From positions 4,457 through 68,456 of the forward strand of contig JAZSMR010000089.1 of assembly GCA_045535965.1 (NCBI GenBank): a DNA stretch of 64,000 bases. Direction: 5' to 3'. The DNA is from Acutalibacteraceae bacterium (GTDB lineage Bacteria; Bacillota; Clostridia; Oscillospirales; Acutalibacteraceae). The position numbers and the translations under genes were made by a program. A model generated the notes under the pieces. It ran no database searches. It was not told where the DNA came from and worked only from the letters and a program-made list of their open reading frames with translations. Shown here one piece after another: positions 25,442-35,791 of the stretch (position 1 is its first letter; every line of letters starts with the position of its first letter).

Positions 25442-28270
25442 TTACAGGATTTTCTTAAGATATTGCCCGGTATATGACTCCTTTACTTCGGCAACTTCCT
25501 CAGGTGTACCCTCAGCAACAATCATACCGCCACCGTCGCCGCCTTCAGGACCTAAATCAATAATGTGATCCGCCGATTTAATGACATCGAGATTATGCTC
25601 AATGACAACAACACTGTTACCGTTATCAACCAGAGTCTGAATCACATTTATAAGTCTGTGGACATCGGCAGTGTGAAGACCTGTTGTAGGTTCGTCAAGA
25701 ATATAGATTGTCTTACCCGTAGCTGGCTTTGAAAGCTCTGTTGAAAGCTTTACACGCTGTGCCTCACCGCCTGAGAGAGTTGTTGCAGGCTGACCGATTT
25801 TTACATATCCGAGACCAACATCGTAAAGAGTCTTTAGCTTCTTGTAAATCTTCGGTATGTTTTCAAAGAAGTTCATTCCCTCTTCAACGGTCATTTCGAG
25901 GACATCGTAGATTGATTTACCCTTATACTTTACGGATAACGTCTCGCTGTTGTATCTCATACCCTTGCAGACTTCGCAGGGTACATAAATATCAGCCAGA
26001 AAATGCATTTCAATCTTAACAATACCGTCACCCTGACAAGCTTCACAGCGTCCGCCTTTGACATTAAAAGAAAATCTGCTTGCAGTAAATCCTTTGGCTT
26101 TTGAGTCAGTTGTCATTGCAAAAAGATCTCTGATATCGCTGAATACGCCGGTATAGGTTGCAGGGTTAGATCTGGGTGTTCTGCCTATAGGCGACTGATC
26201 AATATCGATAACTTTATCGAGATGCTCAAGTCCGCTCATTTTTCTGAATTTACCCGGTATTTTTTTTGAGCCGTTGAGCTCATTGCTCAGATACTTGAAA
26301 AGAACTTCATTGATTAATGAAGATTTTCCGGAACCTGAAACGCCGGTAATACATACAAACTCACCGAGAGGAATCTCAACATCGATATTTTTAAGATTGT
26401 TCTCCCCTGCTCCGTATATTTTAATACTCTTGCCGTTTCCTTTTCTTCTTTCTTCAGGTACAGGGATCTTTTTCTTGCCTGAAAGATACTGACCGGTAAT
26501 TGAGTTTTCGCACTTCTTAATATCATCAACACTGCCGCAGCATACAATTTCACCGCCGTGAATACCTGCGCCGGGTCCTACATCAACAACATAATCAGCC
26601 TCGAGCATAGTATCCTCATCGTGCTCAACGACTATAAGTGTATTGCCGATATCTCTGAGGTGTTTGAGCGTATTTATGAGCTTTTCGTTGTCTCTCTGAT
26701 GAAGTCCGATACTCGGTTCGTCGAGAATATACAGCACGCCGACAAGGGACGAACCGATCTGTGTTGCAAGACGTATTCTCTGACTTTCACCGCCGGAAAG
26801 CGAGCCCGACTGCCGAGCGAGTGTGAGATAATTAAGACCTACGCTTTCAAGGAATGTGAGTCTTTCGATAATTTCCTTGAGTATGATGCCTGCAATCATA
26901 TTTTCTCTTTCACTGAGCTTATCAGGCAATTCCTTGACAAACTTCAGTGCATCACTGATAGAAAGTGAGCAGACCTCGTGAATATTTTTATCACAGATTG
27001 TAACACTAAGAGCCTCTTTGGAGAGTCTCGCACCGCCGCATTCCTGACAGTTATTTGTTGTCATATACTGCTCAATTTCTCTGCGTGAATTCTCACTGGT
27101 AGAATCGGTATATCTTCGCTGAAGGTTATTTATAAGACCCTCGAACTCGGTATAATAGGTACCGCTGCCGAAGCTTGAGGTTCTTTCCATTTTCATTTTT
27201 TCGCCTTTAGTACCGTATAAAAGTGCTTCATAAGCATCATAAGAAAAATCTTCAATGGGAGTATCGAGGGTAAAGCCGTACTTTTTGCCTAAAGCTTCAT
27301 AGTACATACCTGCAATGCTGTTACCGTCTTTTGCAGACCAACCCGAAGCTTTGACAGCACCCTCACGGATACTCAGCTTTCTGTCGGGGATAATCATTGA
27401 CGGTGAAATCTCCATAAATACACCAAGACCCGAGCATTTCTTGCACGAGCCGAAGGGACTGTTGAAAGAGAACATTCTCGGTGTGATTTCGCCAAAGCTT
27501 ACACCGTGTTCGGGACAAGCATAGTTGAGCGAGAAAGTGAGTTCTTCTTTGCCTGTTACATCAACAATCAAAAGACCGTCAGCAAGCTTAGTCGCTGTTT
27601 CAATGGAGTCTGAAAGACGAGACTTGATACCCTCTTTTATAACAAGTCGGTCAACAATAACTTCGATGTTGTGTTTTTTATTCTTCTCGAGCTTGATATT
27701 TTCAGATAAATCATAAACTACAGAGTCAATTCGCACTCTGACAAAGCCTGATTTTCTTACGTTCTCAAGTTCCTTGACGTACTCTCCTTTTCTGCCTCTT
27801 ACAATGGGGGCAAGAAGCTGAATTTTACTTCCCTCCTCAAGAGAAAGCACCTTTTCTACAACCTGGTCAACAGTCTGCTGCTTGATTTCACGTCCGCAGA
27901 CTGTGCAGTGCGGAACGCCTATTCTTGCATAAAGTAAACGTAAGTAATCGTAAATTTCCGTTATTGTACCGACAGTAGAACGAGGGTTTTTAGAGGTAGT
28001 CTTTTGGTCAATGGAAATTGCAGGTGAAAGTCCCTCGATGTAATCAACATCGGGTTTTTCCATCTGACCGAGGAACTGACGTGCATAAGAAGACAGCGAC
28101 TCAACATAGCGTCTCTGCCCCTCAGCATAAATTGTATCAAAAGCAAGAGAGGATTTGCCCGAGCCTGAAATTCCCGTAAAGACAATGAACTTATCTCTCG
28201 GTACTGTCAGGTCAACATTCTTTAAGTTATGTTCTCTTGCACCTTTAATAATCAAGTTTTTTTGTGACAT
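25442..28270 (-). CDS. uvrA: excinuclease ABC subunit A
   Basis: 942 aa with two ABC ATPase modules: Walker A motifs GISGSGKSS and GVSGSGKSS, signature motifs LSGGESQR and LSGGEAQR, and CxxC zinc modules. Confidence 0.98.
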   Translation of the reverse strand: MSQKNLIIKGAREHNLKNVDLTVPRDKFIVFTGISGSGKSSLAFDTIYAEGQRRYVESLSSYARQFLGQMEKPDVDYIEGLSPAISIDQKTTSKNPRSTVGTITEIYDYLRLLYARIGVPHCTVCGREIKQQTVDQVVEKVLSLEEGSKIQLLAPIVRGRKGEYVKELENVRKSGFVRVRIDSVVYDLSENIKLEKNKKHNIEVIVDRLVIKEGIKSRLSDSIETATKLADGLLIVDVTGKEELTFSLNYACPEHGVSFGEITPRMFSFNSPFGSCKKCSGLGVFMEISPSMIIPDRKLSIREGAVKASGWSAKDGNSIAGMYYEALGKKYGFTLDTPIEDFSYDAYEALLYGTKGEKMKMERTSSFGSGTYYTEFEGLINNLQRRYTDSTSENSRREIEQYMTTNNCQECGGARLSKEALSVTICDKNIHEVCSLSISDALKFVKELPDKLSERENMIAGIILKEIIERLTFLESVGLNYLTLARQSGSLSGGESQRIRLATQIGSSLVGVLYILDEPSIGLHQRDNEKLINTLKHLRDIGNTLIVVEHDEDTMLEADYVVDVGPGAGIHGGEIVCCGSVDDIKKCENSITGQYLSGKKKIPVPEERRKGNGKSIKIYGAGENNLKNIDVEIPLGEFVCITGVSGSGKSSLINEVLFKYLSNELNGSKKIPGKFRKMSGLEHLDKVIDIDQSPIGRTPRSNPATYTGVFSDIRDLFAMTTDSKAKGFTASRFSFNVKGGRCEACQGDGIVKIEMHFLADIYVPCEVCKGMRYNSETLSVKYKGKSIYDVLEMTVEEGMNFFENIPKIYKKLKTLYDVGLGYVKIGQPATTLSGGEAQRVKLSTELSKPATGKTIYILDEPTTGLHTADVHRLINVIQTLVDNGNSVVVIEHNLDVIKSADHIIDLGPEGGDGGGMIVAEGTPEEVAEVKESYTGQYLKKIL

Positions 28271-28277
28271 AATTCAC

Positions 28278-30248
28278 CTACATAATACTTTTAAGTTTTT
28301 CAATTTTATCACGAAGATATGCAGCATGCTCGAATTCGAGTATTTTTGCGGCTGCCTTCATTTCATTTGTAAGCTCTCTGATTACACGGCTTCTTTCATC
28401 TCTTGAAAGGCGTCTGAACTGCTTTTCGGAGTCGAGATTTTTCTTTTTGGTTTCAGATATTTCAATAATATCACGAACATCTTTGACGATGGTCTTTGGG
28501 GTAATGCCGTGTTTTTCATTATATTCGCTCTGAATTTTACGTCTTCTTGCCGTCTCTTTAATGGCATAATCCATAGACGGTGTAATTTTGTCGGCGTACA
28601 TTATAACTTCACCGTCAGCATTACGGGCAGCTCTGCCTATAGTCTGCACAAGAGAGGTCTCAGAACGAAGAAATCCTTCCTTATCCGCGTCAAGTATCAC
28701 AACGAGGGACACCTCAGGCAAGTCGAGACCCTCTCTAAGAAGATTGATGCCCACAAGTACGTCGAACTCACCAAGTCTTAAATCACGGATAATTTCCATA
28801 CGCTCTATAGTATCTACATCATAGTGCATATATCGCACCTTAATGCCGAGGTCTGTCAGGTACGCTGTGAGAGCCTCTGCCATTTTTTTAGTTAGAGTAG
28901 TAATGAGTACTCTCTCTTTTCTTTCAATGCGTATATTGATTTCGCTGTAAATATCATCCATCTGACCTTCGGTGGGTCTTACACTGATAAGCGGATCAAG
29001 AAGTCCCGTAGGTCTGATAACCTGCTCGACTATATTACTGCTTTTTTCTTTTTCAAAGGGACCCGGTGTTGCACTTACGAATATTTTTTGTCCCACCTTG
29101 CTGTAAAATTCATCAAAAGTAAGAGGTCTGTTATCGTAAGCCGACGGAAGTCTGAACCCATAGTTAATCAGACTCTCTTTTCTTGATCTGTCACCGCCGT
29201 ACATGGCTCTCACCTGAGGCAACATAACGTGGGATTCATCGACAAAGAGCAAAAAGTCATCGGGGAAATAGTCAAGCAGTGTAAAGGGTGCCGCGCCTGC
29301 AGGTCGACCCGACATAATACGTGAGTAGTTTTCAATGCCCTTGCAAAAGCCGGTTTCTTTAAGAAGCTCAAGGTCGTTGAGTGTTCTGTCTTTTATACGC
29401 TGTGCTTCAAGGAGCTTACCTTGTTTAGTAAACTCAATATATCTTTCGCTCATTTCTTCTCTGATAGCTTCAAGGGACTCCTCAAGCTTCTCAGGCGAAA
29501 CAACATAGTGCGATGCAGGATAAATCGCAACGTGGCTGACATTATTCCTGACTTCACCAGTAAGAGGATTGATCTCACTGATACGGTCAATTTCGTCACC
29601 GAAAAATTCTACTCTGACAGCCGTATCCGTGGTGTATACCGGATAAATCTCAACGGTATCCCCGCGTACCCGGAATTTATTACGTATAAAGTTGATGTCA
29701 TTTCTCTCGTACTGAATCTCAACAAGCTTCCCGATAAGCTCATCACGGCTCTTTTCCATACCTACACGAAGAGAAATAACCATGTTACGGTAGTCTATAG
29801 GGTTACCGAGAGTATATATGCAGGAAACACTCGCAACGATAATTACATCGCGTCTCTCTGACAAAGCTGAGGTTGCTGAATGACGGAGCTTGTCAATTTC
29901 ATCATTGATTGCAGAGTCTTTTTCAATGTAGGTATCAGTTGTAGGAATATACGCTTCCGGCTGATAATAGTCATAGTACGAAACAAAATACTCCACGGCA
30001 TTTTCGGGAAAAAATTCTTTGAATTCACTGCAAAGCTGATAAGCAAGAGTCTTATTGTGAGCTAATACAAGAGTTGGTCTGTTCAACTTCTCAATGATAT
30101 TTGCCATTGTAAAGGTCTTGCCGGAGCCTGTTACACCGAGCAAGGTCTGTTCATCATAGCCTTTTTTTACGCCTTCAACAAGGGCGTCAATAGCCTGAGG
30201 CTGATCACCCGTGGGCTTGAATTTAGAAACAAGTTTAAAATCGCCCAT
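28278..30248 (-). CDS. uvrB: excinuclease ABC subunit B
   Basis: 656 aa. Helicase motif I (GVTGSGKT), DESH box (FVDESHV), and a C-terminal UVR domain ([17 protein letters not shown]). Confidence 0.98.
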   Translation of the reverse strand: MGDFKLVSKFKPTGDQPQAIDALVEGVKKGYDEQTLLGVTGSGKTFTMANIIEKLNRPTLVLAHNKTLAYQLCSEFKEFFPENAVEYFVSYYDYYQPEAYIPTTDTYIEKDSAINDEIDKLRHSATSALSERRDVIIVASVSCIYTLGNPIDYRNMVISLRVGMEKSRDELIGKLVEIQYERNDINFIRNKFRVRGDTVEIYPVYTTDTAVRVEFFGDEIDRISEINPLTGEVRNNVSHVAIYPASHYVVSPEKLEESLEAIREEMSERYIEFTKQGKLLEAQRIKDRTLNDLELLKETGFCKGIENYSRIMSGRPAGAAPFTLLDYFPDDFLLFVDESHVMLPQVRAMYGGDRSRKESLINYGFRLPSAYDNRPLTFDEFYSKVGQKIFVSATPGPFEKEKSSNIVEQVIRPTGLLDPLISVRPTEGQMDDIYSEINIRIERKERVLITTLTKKMAEALTAYLTDLGIKVRYMHYDVDTIERMEIIRDLRLGEFDVLVGINLLREGLDLPEVSLVVILDADKEGFLRSETSLVQTIGRAARNADGEVIMYADKITPSMDYAIKETARRRKIQSEYNEKHGITPKTIVKDVRDIIEISETKKKNLDSEKQFRRLSRDERSRVIRELTNEMKAAAKILEFEHAAYLRDKIEKLKSIM

Positions 30249-30261
30249 AACCGACTCCTTT

Positions 30262-30275
30262 CGTACAAATGTTCG
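30262..30275. promoter_or_regulatory. LexA operator (Cheo/SOS box) of uvrBA
   Basis: The minus strand reads CGAACATTTGTACG, against the Gram-positive consensus CGAACnnnnGTTCG (one arm mismatch). It sits 5 nt downstream of the -10 hexamer and covers the likely transcription start. Confidence 0.8.
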
Positions 30276-30280
30276 AATAA

Positions 30281-30309
30281 ATTATACTACAATTATTTTT
30301 AAAAATCAA
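30281..30309 (-). promoter_or_regulatory. sigma-A-type promoter of uvrBA (TTGATT-17-TATAAT)
   Basis: The minus strand reads TTGATT (30304-30309), a 17-nt spacer, then TATAAT (30281-30286), followed by the LexA box, a GGAG RBS and the ATG at 30248. Confidence 0.7.
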
Positions 30310-30328
30310 CACTTTATTATAAGAAAAA

Positions 30329-30354
30329 TCACCTTGAATTATACATCAAGGTGA
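30329..30354 (-). terminator. rho-independent terminator of radC
   Basis: TCACCTTGA / TCAAGGTGA is a 9-bp perfect stem with an 8-nt loop. On the minus strand it is followed by TTTTTCTTATAAT. It begins 6 nt after the radC stop. Confidence 0.8.
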
Positions 30355-30360
30355 CTGTTA

Positions 30361-31107
30361 TCAAGTATCTTTAATCAATGGATCGGTGCCATATATAATA
30401 TGTATGTGTGAAGGTGAATTTGCCATAGAAAAATATGATTTATCGGTGATAATAATATGATCCCTGAGCTGTACCTTAAGATACTCAAGCATATTTCTTG
30501 CAAGTTCAGTTGCTTTGATATCGCTGACCGAAGGAGTTAAAGTGCCGTTAGGATGATTATGAGACAGTACTACTTTCTTAGCTTTGACTTCCAACACTAT
30601 AGTGGCAAGCTTTCTGCAATCAAGATATGAAGAATCAATATCGCCGTCACTGACAACACGGCAGGCAATCATTCTGTCGTTCAGATCAAAACACATTGCA
30701 TAGATTCTCTCATTAGTTGTGTCAAGATAGAGAGGTCTCAGGTAATCAGCCATTTCTTTCGCACTCTCAAACTTACGCTTTTTCTTATGAAGGTCATTTA
30801 CGTATCTTTTATAAACCGGAAGCATAAGCGTAAGAAGACAAGCTGCATTTTCAGTCATACCTTTAACAGACTGAAGATCGGCTTTACTTGCCTCAAGTAC
30901 TCCGGAGAAAGATCCGAAGGTCGAGATAAGCTCATGTGCAATCGGGTTAGTGTCTTTCTGAGGTATCCCAAAGAAAAGCAGGAGCTCGAGAATGTTATGA
31001 TCCGGCATACTGTTGAGACCTGATTCATAATATCTTTTCTTCACCTTATCGCGATGGCCTTTATGAATGTTTATTTTATTGTCATCAGAACTGTTTTTCT
31101 GAGCCAT
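30361..31107 (-). CDS. radC: RadC-like JAMM-domain protein
   Basis: 248 aa from ATG 31107 (AAAGGTGGA RBS). N-terminal helix-hairpin-helix region (ILELLLFFGIPQKDTNPIAHELISTFGS) and the JAMM motif SHNHPNG. The track ORF has a 39-aa upstream extension that overlaps pfkA. Confidence 0.9.
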   Translation of the reverse strand: MAQKNSSDDNKINIHKGHRDKVKKRYYESGLNSMPDHNILELLLFFGIPQKDTNPIAHELISTFGSFSGVLEASKADLQSVKGMTENAACLLTLMLPVYKRYVNDLHKKKRKFESAKEMADYLRPLYLDTTNERIYAMCFDLNDRMIACRVVSDGDIDSSYLDCRKLATIVLEVKAKKVVLSHNHPNGTLTPSVSDIKATELARNMLEYLKVQLRDHIIITDKSYFSMANSPSHIHIIYGTDPLIKDT

Positions 31108-31133
31108 TATATATAATCCACCTTTAAAATTAA

Positions 31134-31160
31134 AGAGAGTCCGCATAATACAGACTCTCT
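31134..31160 (-). terminator. terminator-like hairpin between pfkA and radC
   Basis: AGAGAGTC / GACTCTCT is an 8-bp perfect stem with an 11-nt loop. On the minus strand it is followed by TTAATTTTAAAGGTGGA, which is the radC RBS. Confidence 0.55.
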
Positions 31161-31180
31161 GACGATTAATATTCAATAGT

Positions 31181-32146
31181 TTAGATTGAAATTTCAAGAG
31201 CCATCTTGTACATATCAAGATCAACAGAGTTTTTCATATTGAGTGCCTCGAAAATATCAAAGTCGAGTATTTTTTCTTTCTGCATAGCAACAACACGGTT
31301 GCCGATACCCTCTTTAAGAAGCTGAACAGCGTGATAACCCATCTGACTTGCAACTATTCTGTCCTTTGCTGTGGGTGAACCGCCACGCTGTACGTGACCG
31401 AGGATTGTAGCTCTTGCTTCAACGCCTGTTTCAGCCTGAATTCTCTTTGCCATTTCTTCAACGCCGCCGATTGCTTCGGAAACAAGAATTACAAAGTGAA
31501 CCTTGTTACTCTTCTGAGTTCTCTTCATTCTTTCGATAACATCACGTTCGAAATCATAGGGAACTTCGGGAATAAGAATAGAAGTAGCACCGCAAGCTAC
31601 ACCTGCTGTAAGAGCAAGATAACCTGCACCTCTGCCCATAACCTCAACAACTGCACAGCGGTCGTGTGACTCAGCAGTATCTCTGATTCTGTCAACCATC
31701 TGCATGATCGTGTTCATAGCTGTATCATAACCGATTGTATAATCACAGCAACCGATATCATTGTCGATGGTACCTGGGATAGCTACGCAGGGAATGCCGT
31801 TAAGTGAAAGGTCTCTTGCGCCTCTGAATGAGCCGTCGCCGCCGATAACAACAAGACCCTCAATACCTCTTTCTTTACAAGCAGCAATAGCATCAGACAT
31901 ACCCTCTTTGGTTTTGAATCTGGGGCTTCTTGCTGAATAGAGAATAGTACCGCCTCTGTTGATAATATCTGAAACCGAACGAAGATTCATTTCAAACATA
32001 TCATTTTCCATAAGACCGTTATAGCCTCTTCTGATACCATATACTTTCATGCCAAGCTCACAGCCTGCACGAACAACTGCACGAACTGCAGCATTCATAC
32101 CGGGAGCGTCGCCGCCGCTGGTTAATACACCGATAGTTTTTAACAT
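31181..32146 (-). CDS. pfkA: ATP-dependent 6-phosphofructokinase
   Basis: 321 aa. Motifs GGDAPGMNA, GGDGSFRGA, PGTIDNDIG and VMGRGAGYLAL. Confidence 0.97.
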   Translation of the reverse strand: MLKTIGVLTSGGDAPGMNAAVRAVVRAGCELGMKVYGIRRGYNGLMENDMFEMNLRSVSDIINRGGTILYSARSPRFKTKEGMSDAIAACKERGIEGLVVIGGDGSFRGARDLSLNGIPCVAIPGTIDNDIGCCDYTIGYDTAMNTIMQMVDRIRDTAESHDRCAVVEVMGRGAGYLALTAGVACGATSILIPEVPYDFERDVIERMKRTQKSNKVHFVILVSEAIGGVEEMAKRIQAETGVEARATILGHVQRGGSPTAKDRIVASQMGYHAVQLLKEGIGNRVVAMQKEKILDFDIFEALNMKNSVDLDMYKMALEISI

Positions 32147-32245
32147 TATTACGTCCTCCTATACTCTGATATGCCCTTGGGCTTCGTATGAATTTCAGTT
32201 ACATTCATACAGAGTTTAAAATCTAAATAATTAAACATTACGAAT

Positions 32246-32273
32246 ATTATACACTAACTTTAATAAAAGTCAA
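32246..32273 (-). promoter_or_regulatory. sigma-A-type promoter of pfkA (TTGACT-16-TATAAT)
   Basis: The minus strand reads TTGACT (32268-32273), a 16-nt spacer, then TATAAT (32246-32251). This predicts a leader of about 100 nt. Confidence 0.5.
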
Positions 32274-32298
32274 GATTAATACATAAAATCGACAACTT

Positions 32299-35200
32299 TT
32301 ACTTTCTTACGACAACATTTTCATCACCGATTAAATATTTCAGTTCATCAGTTAACGGATTATTCAGATTCACAAAACCGATTCTGTCATATTTATTTTC
32401 GTCAGAATAAAAGGCATACACAGGAAAATCTCCTCTAAAAATATCGATAAGAGCATTAATTTTATTCATCTGGGAACAAATTCTCGAGTCAAGACGAAGA
32501 AAAACACCTTTTCGCTGTTTCTTCTGTGGTTTGACATCCTCTTTCATAACATTTTTTGGGTTCGGCTCAATTGTTTCGCAGACAACCGTAGGTTCTTTGT
32601 CCTCTCTGAGACTGAGCCTGCCGTGTATCAGGATAATATTGCCGAGTTGCAGATGCTGTATTCTTTCGGCATACTGTCTTGAAAAGATAATACACTCTAT
32701 TGAAGCGCTCATATCTTCCAGCGTTACAAAGCACATAGTTGAATTTGATTTTGTTGTGCGCTTTTCGATTTTAGATATGATACCGTAAATTTTAACTCTG
32801 CTGTTATCCTTATATTTCGATCCGAATTCATTATCTGAGCTGAGTATTTCACCAATATTATCTGCACAAATTTTTTCTGATATTTCGTCATACTCGTCCA
32901 TTGGATGCCCTGTAATATAAAGTCCGGTTATCTCTTTTTCATAAGCTAAAAGTTCATTCCGTGGCATTTCTTCCATTTCAGGTGCCGTAAAATCGTTGGC
33001 GAAAGAAAATCCTGAATCAGCATCAAAAAAGCCTATCTGACCGATTACGTTTTTATTCTTATCTGCATCGAGGTCGGCTATTATCTTCGGTAGCATGTGA
33101 ATCATCTGTCGTCTGTTCATATCGAGACCGTCAAGAGCGCCGCTTTTTATCAGACTTTCAACTGCACGTCTGTTAAACTCTTTGGAGTATACTCTCTTAC
33201 AAAAAGAATAGAAATCAGTATACTTACCGCCGTTTTCCCGGTTATCAATGATTGTTTTGATGAATCCGCGTCCGAGATTCTTTATTGCCAGTAATCCGAA
33301 TCTTATGGCTCCGTTTTTTACGGTAAAGCCTTCAAATGAGCTGTTAACACTGGGAGCAAGCACTTTTATACCGAGCCTCGTGCATTCAGCAATATAGTTC
33401 GAAACCTTTACCGATGAATCAAGTACACTTGTAAGAGTCGCCGCAAGTAGCTCGCAAGGATAGTGACACTTAAGCCATGCGGTCTGATACGAAACGAAAG
33501 CGTAGGCGGCGGCATGAGATTTATTGAAGGCATACTTTGCAAAGTTCGACATTTCATCAAAAATTGCGTTGGCGGTTTCTTCCGATACTCCTACTGCAAG
33601 CGCACCGTGACATTCGGTTTCTCCGTTTTCGTTTTTAAGACCGTATATGAAATTCTGTCTTTCCTTTTCCATTATGTCAAACTTTTTCTTTGACATGGCA
33701 CGTCTTACAAGGTCAGCTCTGCCGTAGGAATATCCTGCAAGCTTACGGCAGATTTCCATTACCTGCTCCTGATAAACCATACAGCCATAAGTTACATCAA
33801 GAATATCCTTAAGAAGCTCTGTCTTATACTTGGTATCCTGAGGGTTATGACGGTTATGAATATAGGTGTCAATAGAATCAGCAGGACCCGGTCTGTAAAG
33901 TGAAATAACAGCTATAAGATCTTCAAGACTCTGAGGTTTAAGCCTTAAAAGTACACTGCGCATACCTGACGATTCATACTGGAAAACAGCATCGGTTCTG
34001 CCTTGTGAGAGCAACTCGAAGGTTTCCTTGTCATTTATGTCAATACTGTCAAGGTCAAAATCAGGATTACTGCGTTTAATAAGCTTAACAGCATCATCAA
34101 TTACTGTAAGAGTGCGAAGACCGAGGAAATCCATCTTAAGAAGTCCGAGATTTTCAAGAGTAACCATTGTGAACTGAGTTACGACGCTTTCATCATTGAG
34201 TGCAAGAGGCACATAAGACGAAACCGGGTCTCGCGTAATTACTACACCTGCCGCATGGGTTGAAGCGTGTCTTGGCATACCCTCAACCTGCTTAGCATAA
34301 TCAAGTAACTTTTTGATGTCTTCATTTGTTGAATAGAGCCTCTGTAGATCATCGGAGTTTTTCAGAGCTTTGTCTATTGTTATTTTTAGCTCGTTAGGTA
34401 TAGCCTTGGCGACCTCATCAACTACATTATAAGGCATACCGAGTACTCTGCCAACATCCCGAACTGCGGCTCTTGCAGCCATAGTACCAAATGTAACAAT
34501 CTGTGCTACATGGTCACTGCCGTATTTTCTTATTACATAGTCAATTACTTCCTGTCGGCGCACATAGCAGAAATCGATATCGAAGTCAGGCATACTGACC
34601 CTTTCTGGGTTAAGAAATCGCTCGAAAAGAAGATTATACTTAAGCGGGTCTATACCGGTAATACCTATGCAATATGCCGCGAGTGAGCCTGCACCTGAGC
34701 CTCTGCCGGGACCGACGGGAATTTTTTTACTCTTCGCATAGCGGATAAAATCGTGCACTATCAGGAAATAGTCAACATATCCCATTTTGTTGATAACATC
34801 AAGCTCGTAATTGAGTCTGTCGATATACTCCTGAGGCGGATTGTCACCAAGATGCTTATTTAAACCAAAGAAACACTGATTTTTAAAATACTCAAAGTGA
34901 TCCATATTGTTTGGTACTTCGAAATGCGGAAGCTTGGTGTTGCCGAACTCGAACTCAACGTTACACTGTTCAGCAATTATCTGAGTATTTTCAATAGCCT
35001 GAGGAAGCTCAGGGAAAGCCTGACGCATCTCTTCTTCAGTTTTCACATAAAACTCATCAGTAGAAAATTCTAGCCCCGTTTCCTCGCCTAAGGTGTGGTT
35101 TGTCTGTATGCAGATGAGCACCTGCTGAACGGCAGAGTCCTCTTTGCGGATATAGTGAGCGTCGTTGGTTGCAACAAGAGGTACACCGGTTTCTTTTGAA

Positions 35201-35775
35201 AGTCTAACAAGATCCGGCATAATATCAAGCTGTTCACGAAGTCCGTGATTCTGAATTTCAATGTAATAGTTGCCTTCACCGAAAAGGTCACGGAACCATA
35301 TAGCGGTCTCTTTTGCCTTTTCGTATTCCCCTCTCATAAGAAGCTGAGGTATTTCACCTGCAAGACAGCCCGATAAAGCAATAAGACCCTCGTGATGCTC
35401 TTCTAAAAGCTCACGGTCAATACGGGGTTTTGTATAAAAGCCCTCGGTCCACGCCTTACTGACCATTGCAATAAGATTCTGATAGCCTTCGTTATTTTTA
35501 CATAAAAGGACAAGATGAAAACGCTGTGAATCAAGACCGTGCACCTTATTATGTCTCGTTCTTTCAGCAACATAGCACTCACAGCCGATTATAGGCTTAA
35601 TACCCTTTTCTTTTGCCGCCTTATAGAAGTCTATAACACCGTACATAACACCGTGGTCAGTAATTGCAACACTTTTCTGACCGATTTCGGTAAGATAATC
35701 CATAAGCTTATTTATACGGCAGGCACCGTCAAGCAAGCTGTATTCTGTATGAAGATGCAAATGTGTAAAAGCCAC
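32299..35775 (-). CDS. dnaE: DNA polymerase III alpha subunit (DnaE type)
   Basis: 1158 aa. N-terminal PHP domain (HLHLHTEYSLLDG), a polymerase core, and a C-terminal OB fold. Confidence 0.98.
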   Translation of the reverse strand: MAFTHLHLHTEYSLLDGACRINKLMDYLTEIGQKSVAITDHGVMYGVIDFYKAAKEKGIKPIIGCECYVAERTRHNKVHGLDSQRFHLVLLCKNNEGYQNLIAMVSKAWTEGFYTKPRIDRELLEEHHEGLIALSGCLAGEIPQLLMRGEYEKAKETAIWFRDLFGEGNYYIEIQNHGLREQLDIMPDLVRLSKETGVPLVATNDAHYIRKEDSAVQQVLICIQTNHTLGEETGLEFSTDEFYVKTEEEMRQAFPELPQAIENTQIIAEQCNVEFEFGNTKLPHFEVPNNMDHFEYFKNQCFFGLNKHLGDNPPQEYIDRLNYELDVINKMGYVDYFLIVHDFIRYAKSKKIPVGPGRGSGAGSLAAYCIGITGIDPLKYNLLFERFLNPERVSMPDFDIDFCYVRRQEVIDYVIRKYGSDHVAQIVTFGTMAARAAVRDVGRVLGMPYNVVDEVAKAIPNELKITIDKALKNSDDLQRLYSTNEDIKKLLDYAKQVEGMPRHASTHAAGVVITRDPVSSYVPLALNDESVVTQFTMVTLENLGLLKMDFLGLRTLTVIDDAVKLIKRSNPDFDLDSIDINDKETFELLSQGRTDAVFQYESSGMRSVLLRLKPQSLEDLIAVISLYRPGPADSIDTYIHNRHNPQDTKYKTELLKDILDVTYGCMVYQEQVMEICRKLAGYSYGRADLVRRAMSKKKFDIMEKERQNFIYGLKNENGETECHGALAVGVSEETANAIFDEMSNFAKYAFNKSHAAAYAFVSYQTAWLKCHYPCELLAATLTSVLDSSVKVSNYIAECTRLGIKVLAPSVNSSFEGFTVKNGAIRFGLLAIKNLGRGFIKTIIDNRENGGKYTDFYSFCKRVYSKEFNRRAVESLIKSGALDGLDMNRRQMIHMLPKIIADLDADKNKNVIGQIGFFDADSGFSFANDFTAPEMEEMPRNELLAYEKEITGLYITGHPMDEYDEISEKICADNIGEILSSDNEFGSKYKDNSRVKIYGIISKIEKRTTKSNSTMCFVTLEDMSASIECIIFSRQYAERIQHLQLGNIILIHGRLSLREDKEPTVVCETIEPNPKNVMKEDVKPQKKQRKGVFLRLDSRICSQMNKINALIDIFRGDFPVYAFYSDENKYDRIGFVNLNNPLTDELKYLIGDENVVVRK

Positions 35776-35791
35776 CTTATCCCTCCTTTAA

